IMG/VR virus record: IMGVR_UViG_3300043432_000485
Location: 96,001-160,000 of that record
Direction: 5' to 3' (one strand)
From: a virus
Lineage: Duplodnaviria; Caudoviricetes
Length of the DNA: 64,000 nucleotides
Shown here: one piece after another, positions 17,633 to 25,437 of the stretch
Position numbering within the stretch: position 1 is the first letter of the stretch
How the letters are laid out: each line of letters opens with the position of its first letter
Position numbers and translations under genes: made by a program
The notes under the pieces: generated by a model
Database searches by the model: none
Told to the model about the DNA's origin: nothing
The model's input: the letters and a program-made list of their open reading frames with translations, nothing else

Positions 17633-18253
17633 TTAGTACACCAGAGACCACCCGCCAAAGTACACCCGAGAGGTGTTTGTGTTGGTGAAGCGAAGTTTCG
17701 CTGTAGCCCCTTGGTCGGCCACCGGAATGTGAAGAACGGCCCCACTAGTCGTAGGGTTGTAAGTGGCACCGCTATTGAAGGATACCTCGCACAGAATGTC
17801 ACTGTCAGAGGGGGTCTCCACGTACGTCCTGGAGAACCTCCCATCACTCGGGTCTGAATCTGAGAAGGAGAAGGTCTCCCATAGCACCACGCATTGCGTA
17901 GGACTGAGCCCTAGTGCAAACGATTGAGTGTTGAGCACACCTGACCCAAAGAGGCAAGCAGGCGCGAAGCCACCTCCCGTTGACACGTTAGAGCTGGTTT
18001 CTGTGTCAATCTCAGAGCTATTCAAGCACGCGTCAGCCACTACATTCGTAAAACCTACATACAAGGCTTGAATACCTATCGTCTTGGCAGCCAACAAAGC
18101 AGGCAAGTCCTCGGGGCCTCCGTGAATGGCGCACCCATCCGGAATTCTTACAACCAAGGAACCAGTAGAGGGGGACTCCCCTGAAGGGGCTGGCCTCACA
18201 TCGATGATGGTGCCCGGGGGAGAGAAAGGATCTACTAGATAGTGTGTTGACAT
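17633..18253 (-). CDS. Hypothetical virion/tail-associated protein
   Basis: 206 aa, beta-rich Ser/Thr/Gly composition, immediately after the tailspike gene. Confidence 0.6.
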   Translation of the reverse strand: MSTHYLVDPFSPPGTIIDVRPAPSGESPSTGSLVVRIPDGCAIHGGPEDLPALLAAKTIGIQALYVGFTNVVADACLNSSEIDTETSSNVSTGGGFAPACLFGSGVLNTQSFALGLSPTQCVVLWETFSFSDSDPSDGRFSRTYVETPSDSDILCEVSFNSGATYNPTTSGAVLHIPVADQGATAKLRFTNTNTSRVYFGGWSLVY

Positions 18254-18265
18254 CTACATTTACCC

Positions 18266-21200
18266 TTAGGTCACGATGTTATAGCTAGCCACTGGAGTCG
18301 GGATATCGCCTCCGGCATTCAAGATCGTCCCGGTGCCGGCTCCCGTGTCCTTGTTCTCCACGTGATTACTAAGTATTCTACGGGTTCCTCCGACAGCTGC
18401 GTTGATGGAGATCCGGTTGGCCGTGTTACGCCCAACCAAGGTGTTATTCACGATGCTGCCATAGGTGTTTAGGAAGGTGGCAACCATGGATCCTCCAGCG
18501 GTACCGAACCCCGTGGCAACTGTGTCGGCGTCGTTGATCATGATGTTGTTCACGAAGTCCGTGAAAGCTGCTCCTCCAGTGCAGGTGAAGAAACTTGTAG
18601 AGTTGGTATCCGTGTACCAATTCACCCTGAGGATGTTGCCCTCAATTAGGGTGTTGCTACCCTGGACTGCAAAGGAAATCCCGCCTCCGGCATTGGGGGC
18701 AGAACCGCTTGTGGGCACTGCCACATTGTAAAACTCATTGAAGAGGATTTTACAGGCGTTGCCGAAGCAGCGCAGGGCCTCCGGAGGTGTTGCACCAGAA
18801 CTCGCGGCGTGGGAAGCGACGGTTACCCGATTACGCTCCACAGTGCAAGGAGTACTTGTGGACGACATTACGATCGCCTCTAGTGCCCAGCTAGAACCAG
18901 CCTGGGCTGTGATCTTGGACCCTTTGAGGGTGCCCCCGTCCATGTTGAACACGTACCCGCATTCGGAGGCACCGACTCGAAGGTTGCGAATGTTGGCAGC
19001 GTCTACCACGGAATCCACAGACTTCACATAAGCGGTACCCCCTGTTGACGTGGGAAGGCTGTGATTAGGGAACATGTCCAGGGCGGTCAACCTGGAATCC
19101 TGTACTGTCACAAGGTCAGTGGAGAAGCTCGAACCGGCACTGGTCTGAACTGAGTCTATGATCAGTCCGTTGATGTTGGCTCCCTGAGCCTTTACGATGT
19201 GTCGATTACCTGCTCCGGTACGGCTGATGTTTATGATCGAGAGATTGTTGACTATGGACTGGGCAGCGCTGTTGACCGAAGCCAGGGGTCCTTGAATCTC
19301 AACCACACCGACATTGGTTGTGCCATTGGTGCTGAATGTGGTGCAGTTGAATCCCCCGCTTGTCCATGCGATGGACTGCAGGTCGATCTGGATATTGTTG
19401 AAGTAGCTATGCTTCTGCCCAACTTGTTCATTTAGGGTGTCGATCGCCAGAGTGGGTCCGACGTGCCAAGCAGTGATACCAGAGCTTGGCTTAGGCTTGA
19501 TTACCAACCCATCCACGATAATGGTGCCGTGGTTGGAAGACGCCCCGCTCCCGAAGCCTCCGAAGAACACGAGCGGCGTACCATTGGATCCTGAGGTGTT
19601 GATGTTACCTGAACCCACCAGCATCTTACAGTTTTTGATCGTGGCTGGCTTGGGGAAAGAGGTAGAGAAGTCTGAGCCACCGATGGTATAGAATAGTTGC
19701 TGACCAGACCCAGTTGAGGGTCCGATGAACGTGCAGTCCTCGAATGAGGCTTCCGAGGTAGTGGCCGTCGGGCCAGCCCCTGATTGCTCAAACACACAGT
19801 CACGAAATTGCGTGTTAAGAGTACCGGAGGATTCGTTCAAGGCTGCCAAAGTGGAGACGGTGTTCTGGAAATAGCAGTGCTCCACCAGCACATTCATGGT
19901 TTGCTGGATGTTGACACCATAGTAAGTGGTTGCTGTGCAAACTAGACTGCAGTCTCGCATTGTCAGAAGCGACTGCGGAGCCAGAGCAGTTGACAAGCCA
20001 TTGAAGATCAGAATAGTGGCGGCGCCGGCCCCCGTCCAGGTTACGGTAGAGTCCGTGGTGCACTGCTCCATCACGACCTTGGACATAAATTGCCCGTTGA
20101 TCTCGAACAGGTTGACGATACCTACGATATAGGCGCCGTTAGCTGTCGCAAAGATAGAGTTGCGGACGTTGATGTTCCTGATGGTGATGCCAGTGCTGAG
20201 CGCCGAGACTGCCCGGAACACGGCGCTGCCCACGTTTGTGGTTGCCCCCAAATCATTCAGGTAAATGTTCTCGAAGGTGCAGTCATTGCACCCGTTCACT
20301 TGCATCAAATCCGTGATGGTCCCGAAGTTGGGGGATGTGGTCACCTCAATATCCCGAACTGTACAGTTAGTTGCGGAAGCCATCTTGACAATTTGAAATG
20401 TGCCGCCAGCTGTTAGAGACAATCCGGTCGCGTACACCTGCTCAACTACACATGATTGACCTCCAATGTCGACCATGGGGCGGTTCAGATTCGTAAGAGA
20501 GTCTAGGGTTGCATTGCGAATCGTGTTACTGATCCCGTTCACCGAAAGTAAGCCCGTATTGAACGACGTGCCAGAGACGTGTACGGTGTCCACCGTAGAA
20601 CCAATGCCTGAGACCCGCACGAAAGCGTGCGTCACATGGGCTTGTGCACCAGCTGTGATGTACACACCAGACACAAAGCACCCGTCTCCGAAGACGCTCA
20701 TTAGGTCCTGGGATGTGGACTTGCTGCTATTAAAGTCCACCTGTTTGACCGTGTTTTTGTTCCCACCCACGTTCAACTGAGACTGAGACACGGACGAAAG
20801 GGAACTGAACTGCACCCCATCAACTAGGTAGTTATTCCCGAACACTGCAAACGTGGGGTTGCCCGGGACTTTGAGCCCGGACAGGAACTCTATATCCCGC
20901 ACCGAGCCATTAGACCCTTCACAGCCCATCTGGCTGCAGCGAACGCCAACATAGGTGTTGTTGGTGCCGATGTCTCTGATGTAGAGAGCCCCCAACGCTG
21001 TCGGAGCGAAATCAGTGCGCAGGAAAGTGCATCCGGACGTGGTGACCTGAACCTCTCCACTGACGTCAATCGCCAGCTTATCGAAGAAGTGAGCACCGTC
21101 GGCCCCACCAAGGTCTTGGATCACGATGTTACCACCAGCTGTGGTTCTGACTGAGCATGTGCTGTAGCGATTACGCAAACCCCCAATAGTCAAGTCTCCT

Positions 21201-22087
21201 GCAGAACTCAGGGAGCAGCCCGAAAAGGTGTTGTCTTGACCAGTCACTGAGCTGGCGGCGCCTCCGGAAAAGGATGCACGCTCGAAGTTGTTCCCATCCC
21301 CGAAGATCGAAAAGGCGTTGTCCACTGGGAACGCAGAGTCCGAGATGAAGTTCCCGTTACCTACCCCTAGAGTGGAAATGGATGACGCAAAACTGACACC
21401 CTTGAGTAAATTGCCATCATTGAGTAGCAAGGCACTGGAACTAGCGTCTAGGATCACATCATCTAGTGTGTTCCCATTACCGGTGAACGTCAGGCCAGCC
21501 GTGAAGGTCAACTGCACATGCTCCAGATGAGCTTGATTGCTGACAAAATCTACAGCCGTGCCAGTAAAGGTCACATTCGTGACGTCGGTGTGGTCTCCAA
21601 AACGGACAGCCCCTGAAGAGTTGATGATGACCGTGTTCTGATCAACACCAATGATCGTCACATGGTCCAAAGCCGAAGCGCTGAAGTTGGACCATGTGTA
21701 AGTTCCGGACCGCAGGAACAAGATCGGACGATGAGTACCGATAGCGGTAACAGCGTTAGTGAAAGCCGAGGCACCGACGAAATCACCCTTGTTGGCTGGA
21801 TTGGAATCCAGCACCCAAATGGGCCGAGCATTGAGCCCTTCGTATGCTCGGATCAAAGCTGCTTGCACATTGGAAGCAGCAGGATTGCTCCACGTCTCTC
21901 CGGTTAGCACCGTGGTAGAGATCGCGGTAGCGGCATGCGCCCCTGTCGGGTTAGTAATGTGTGCCTGTAGAGCCGTCAGAGGGCCTTGGCCCGGGTTGAA
22001 ATCCAGAGCATTGGCAGACACAGTTCCATCAGGCAAATGCCCTGGACCTGGCTGTACTGTAGTGACGGGTTCCTTGTTTGATGGCAT
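18266..22087 (-). CDS. Tailspike/fibre with a long right-handed parallel beta-helix (pectin-lyase-like), probable receptor-binding protein
   Basis: N-terminal AHITNPTGAHAATAIS adaptor motif and LFLRSGTY beta-helix cap, then more than 1000 aa of N/G/S/T-rich ~22-25 aa coils (e.g. GNGNTLDDV, GDNTFSGC). Confidence 0.8.
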   Translation of the reverse strand: MPSNKEPVTTVQPGPGHLPDGTVSANALDFNPGQGPLTALQAHITNPTGAHAATAISTTVLTGETWSNPAASNVQAALIRAYEGLNARPIWVLDSNPANKGDFVGASAFTNAVTAIGTHRPILFLRSGTYTWSNFSASALDHVTIIGVDQNTVIINSSGAVRFGDHTDVTNVTFTGTAVDFVSNQAHLEHVQLTFTAGLTFTGNGNTLDDVILDASSSALLLNDGNLLKGVSFASSISTLGVGNGNFISDSAFPVDNAFSIFGDGNNFERASFSGGAASSVTGQDNTFSGCSLSSAGDLTIGGLRNRYSTCSVRTTAGGNIVIQDLGGADGAHFFDKLAIDVSGEVQVTTSGCTFLRTDFAPTALGALYIRDIGTNNTYVGVRCSQMGCEGSNGSVRDIEFLSGLKVPGNPTFAVFGNNYLVDGVQFSSLSSVSQSQLNVGGNKNTVKQVDFNSSKSTSQDLMSVFGDGCFVSGVYITAGAQAHVTHAFVRVSGIGSTVDTVHVSGTSFNTGLLSVNGISNTIRNATLDSLTNLNRPMVDIGGQSCVVEQVYATGLSLTAGGTFQIVKMASATNCTVRDIEVTTSPNFGTITDLMQVNGCNDCTFENIYLNDLGATTNVGSAVFRAVSALSTGITIRNINVRNSIFATANGAYIVGIVNLFEINGQFMSKVVMEQCTTDSTVTWTGAGAATILIFNGLSTALAPQSLLTMRDCSLVCTATTYYGVNIQQTMNVLVEHCYFQNTVSTLAALNESSGTLNTQFRDCVFEQSGAGPTATTSEASFEDCTFIGPSTGSGQQLFYTIGGSDFSTSFPKPATIKNCKMLVGSGNINTSGSNGTPLVFFGGFGSGASSNHGTIIVDGLVIKPKPSSGITAWHVGPTLAIDTLNEQVGQKHSYFNNIQIDLQSIAWTSGGFNCTTFSTNGTTNVGVVEIQGPLASVNSAAQSIVNNLSIINISRTGAGNRHIVKAQGANINGLIIDSVQTSAGSSFSTDLVTVQDSRLTALDMFPNHSLPTSTGGTAYVKSVDSVVDAANIRNLRVGASECGYVFNMDGGTLKGSKITAQAGSSWALEAIVMSSTSTPCTVERNRVTVASHAASSGATPPEALRCFGNACKILFNEFYNVAVPTSGSAPNAGGGISFAVQGSNTLIEGNILRVNWYTDTNSTSFFTCTGGAAFTDFVNNIMINDADTVATGFGTAGGSMVATFLNTYGSIVNNTLVGRNTANRISINAAVGGTRRILSNHVENKDTGAGTGTILNAGGDIPTPVASYNIVT

Positions 22088-22088
22088 G

Positions 22089-24707
22089 TTAGACGGCCCT
22101 CTTGTTCAGTAGCAAACCCTTAATTCGGAAGATACTTGCAGTAGTGGTATTCCCTGGGCTCGAATCAAAGTACACGCCATTGGTTTCGTCGAAGAGCGCG
22201 TAGCGTGTGATCAAGACCAGCACCAACTGACCTTTGTGGCCCAATACGCTGTCTGCCGCAAGCTCGGCCAACAGAGGAAGCACGTTCTTGTGTCGATCCG
22301 GATTGCTCAAGTCCTGAGCGTAAGCGTTGGGAATGTAGCCAGGAGGCACGGAAGAGAAGAAAGATCGGCCTTCCACATCACCGATTACGAGGCCTGTGAA
22401 AACCAGGGCTTCTGGATTGGCAACCATCGGAACGTAGACCGGAAGCTTCAACATGCCAGTCATTGCGTTGAAGTCAGCTACTGAGATTTCAGCGCTAGCT
22501 GCAAGCTCGCTCTCGCCCGAGTAAGGCAGAGTAGAAAGAACACCGCCGGTCTGCACATACGAAGTCGCGTACGGGTATGCCTCATCCTGGGAGCCCGAAC
22601 CAGCCGTGAAAGAGTACATCTGCTGACTTACTAGCTTGGGCACTATCGAGAAGGGGCTGGACAACGAAGAAAATCTAGCCATCTGCGGCGCAGCAGCTCG
22701 ATAGTAAACGGCCATCTGTACCTCAGGCAAAGACGGGGTCAGAGCTGGGGGCTGTGGCATAGGCCTGAGCGCTGTATAAGTGATGGTTACAGTCGCATTG
22801 ACAGCCGGTACAGCATTTAGGGTCACGACACGGCCAGATGCGTCCACAGTCCCACTAGTAGCTGATGCAGGAACACAGACCACTGTTACCGTTGGGGTGC
22901 TGACTCGTTCAGGCAATAATGCGGTATTGGTCGGAGCCGTGCCGGCTCGATAGGCAAAAGAAATGCTGCTGGTCACATACTCCAGATGCGCTTCACGATG
23001 CGGGAAATCCAGCTCCCGCGCCGCCATCGCCGAGTACGACACTGGGGATGCTGTCAACGAAGGCACCAACGAGGGGTCAGTGGTCGTGAAAGCGAAGCTG
23101 TTGTTTCCGTAGTCTTGAATCGGGGTACGAGACAATCCGACTCCAGTCGGATACCCAACCAACAGGGTCACGTACAGAATTTCATTGTGACTCAGGCCGA
23201 GCGCTGTAATGAGGCCGAAGGTAATGTTCACTGGCACCACAGGGGCGGAACCCAATCCACTTACCCCGGCAACATATGGCTCAGCATCAAGATACTTGCT
23301 GTTCGCAGCCGTACCCGACCAATGAAGACTTACCACATCCAGAATTTGGACATCAGCTGGGGCAAAAGCCGCCCAGTTGTATGCAACGTAGGGGTACACG
23401 GTCAAGGCCGTTGGATCTATGATCACCGTGTCAGCATCCGTCCAAGTGCCTCCACCAGGACGTGGAAGAGCCACCGTGACAGTCTCCACGATAGCACGAT
23501 CGGAAAAACGACGCCGAATAGCATCGAATTCTCCAACGAGTGGACCACCCGGAGTTGTACCTGAAGTAGGTGACGTGCCACCGTTCACCGTTGAGATACC
23601 AATCTCGTCTTCCATCAGGAGAGTGGTACCAGAACTACCGCCTCCACCCGAGAACGAACCGATCTCGGTTCGCATAGAATTATCGAGCACCAAATTGACG
23701 TTCTTCTCCAACAACTCGGCAAGGTCCCAGCCAGTTGAAGACACTCCTTGGCGAAGATCCACAAGATCCGTAGCCGCAATGATGTCACTGAGCAGACCAT
23801 CCGGGCGATCTGAAGGACCGGGAGATGCTACGCCCCCGTTCTGATTATTGACCCGATTGAACGCGGTGGTGTTACGTCGGAACACGGCCAACAGAGGGAC
23901 CGCGTACATGTATCCATCAACCGTCCCAAGAGTATTGGTCGGATTCCCATCACCCGCGACCCACAACCCAGGGTCACCCGCCAAAGACTGGTTCACGTAG
24001 GTGAAGATTGTAGCAACACCGTTGGGGGTTGCAGCGTTTGTCGGAACGGAGAATGCTACAACCGCGGGATCCTCTAGACCGTATGGGTACGTGAATATGT
24101 CCACGCCCGTCACGACTCGGAGACGATACTGAATCTGAACACGCTTGGTGGTCTCAGCTCCAACCGCAGTATCCAAGATGTCATCTGGAAAGTTGAGGCT
24201 GAGGTCATCCGCCGGACTGGTAGTGACATTGCCTTGTTGCCAGATACGAGCAGTGGCGCTCTTACCCACCGTAGAGGGAGACGCAGAGAGTAGACGACGG
24301 AACACTTCAAGGATCACCAGATCTGTGCGCTTGGAGCCAGCTCCAGCAGGCCCAGCAGTCAAGTCCAACTGATTGAACCCGTTAGCATAGGAGTTGCGAA
24401 TATCCAACAACCAGCCATTCACGTGAGCCTTCAAGCCGTTCGGAATCTTGAGGGCGTTAGCACTCACTACGGGGGTGAAAACCGCCCCCACCGGGTCAGA
24501 CGTCGTCAGAAAATCATCAGACATCCACCCAGAGGGCATAGCTCTGCGCAGATCTTCTTGAGCCGCTCCGCCGTCCAGATCCTGGCTGAGATTCAGCTCC
24601 TTATCCAGGATCGGCTTACCAGCTTGAGTGACTACTGTCTCCCAAGACCTTCCGTCTGGAATGAGGTAACCGCTTACCGCCGGGCCATAATTTTTGTTGG
24701 TGGTCAT
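22089..24707 (-). CDS. Tail fibre/baseplate-anchored structural protein, paralogue of 9759..14141
   Basis: VVTQAGKPILDKELNLSQDL N-terminus. Shares LEVF, QYRLRVV, GDPGLW.AGDG, GTVDGY.YAVP..AVFRRN and RPDGL.SD.I with the 1460-aa protein. Confidence 0.8.
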   Translation of the reverse strand: MTTNKNYGPAVSGYLIPDGRSWETVVTQAGKPILDKELNLSQDLDGGAAQEDLRRAMPSGWMSDDFLTTSDPVGAVFTPVVSANALKIPNGLKAHVNGWLLDIRNSYANGFNQLDLTAGPAGAGSKRTDLVILEVFRRLLSASPSTVGKSATARIWQQGNVTTSPADDLSLNFPDDILDTAVGAETTKRVQIQYRLRVVTGVDIFTYPYGLEDPAVVAFSVPTNAATPNGVATIFTYVNQSLAGDPGLWVAGDGNPTNTLGTVDGYMYAVPLLAVFRRNTTAFNRVNNQNGGVASPGPSDRPDGLLSDIIAATDLVDLRQGVSSTGWDLAELLEKNVNLVLDNSMRTEIGSFSGGGGSSGTTLLMEDEIGISTVNGGTSPTSGTTPGGPLVGEFDAIRRRFSDRAIVETVTVALPRPGGGTWTDADTVIIDPTALTVYPYVAYNWAAFAPADVQILDVVSLHWSGTAANSKYLDAEPYVAGVSGLGSAPVVPVNITFGLITALGLSHNEILYVTLLVGYPTGVGLSRTPIQDYGNNSFAFTTTDPSLVPSLTASPVSYSAMAARELDFPHREAHLEYVTSSISFAYRAGTAPTNTALLPERVSTPTVTVVCVPASATSGTVDASGRVVTLNAVPAVNATVTITYTALRPMPQPPALTPSLPEVQMAVYYRAAAPQMARFSSLSSPFSIVPKLVSQQMYSFTAGSGSQDEAYPYATSYVQTGGVLSTLPYSGESELAASAEISVADFNAMTGMLKLPVYVPMVANPEALVFTGLVIGDVEGRSFFSSVPPGYIPNAYAQDLSNPDRHKNVLPLLAELAADSVLGHKGQLVLVLITRYALFDETNGVYFDSSPGNTTTASIFRIKGLLLNKRAV

Positions 24708-24723
24708 GCTGCTCGATTACCTC

Positions 24724-25371
24724 TTAGAAAGTGAGCCGCCACACAATCGTCAACGTGGACGTCGCTGGCTTATTGATGACCGCGAACGTCAGGTAGTTGA
24801 TCTGGGTGTCGAACAAAGTCAGGTTTACCGTCGGATCATAGGACCCGTTTGGAGGGAGCACTGGATTCCTGACGCTCATGTTCGTGGAGATGTTCCCGCC
24901 TAAAAGCCCCATCTCTACGAGTGGTCCCACCGCCTCAGATTCCGCGAAAGTGGTTGTGAAGTCCACGACCTTTGTTGGAATCGAGGTTGGGACACCAGCC
25001 CCGTCGATGAATTGGGTGTTGGCGAAGGTCTTACGAGCCAACTCGGAGTACAGAGAACGCTGGGTGTTGGTGGGAGCCGGAGGGCTCTGAAGGTTCCAGC
25101 CCGTGTCCCCGGTGCCTACCGCGAGAGCCAAGATACCGTGAGGGGGCTCACTGTTGTCCTTCATGAGCCTAGCGATCAAGATCGATGCGTCCAGGACCAC
25201 AAGATTGCGCAGTTCCCGGTGCTCCTGCACCTCTTGAGTCTGACCGTCGCGAAGGGTTAGGAAGACGTCGCCACGGATGTAGTAGCGCCCAAAATCCTCT
25301 TGATTCACGCTACGTACAGCGAAAGCAGGAGCCAACTCCTGTGGGGGACGTACAGTTTCATGACCCTTCAT
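24724..25371 (-). CDS. Tail-collar/fibre attachment protein (DUF3751-like)
   Basis: LAVGTGD....P.PT...L.SEL.RK.......F..SEAVG.L.EMGL.GG...YL.F..I.K pattern typical of tail-collar fibre N-domains. Confidence 0.65.
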   Translation of the reverse strand: MKGHETVRPPQELAPAFAVRSVNQEDFGRYYIRGDVFLTLRDGQTQEVQEHRELRNLVVLDASILIARLMKDNSEPPHGILALAVGTGDTGWNLQSPPAPTNTQRSLYSELARKTFANTQFIDGAGVPTSIPTKVVDFTTTFAESEAVGPLVEMGLLGGNISTNMSVRNPVLPPNGSYDPTVNLTLFDTQINYLTFAVINKPATSTLTIVWRLTF

Positions 25372-25388
25372 TTTACATCTCTCCTTGA

Positions 25389-25406
25389 GGTGAGGTAAGC
25401 CTCACC
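25389..25406 (-). promoter_or_regulatory. Intergenic hairpin upstream of an AAGGAG ribosome-binding site
   Basis: GGTGAGG-CTTA-CCTCACC perfect 7-bp stem. No U-tract, so it is not called a terminator. Confidence 0.4.
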
Positions 25407-25437
25407 AAACCAGTCATCACATAAGAGAAAACGGTAA

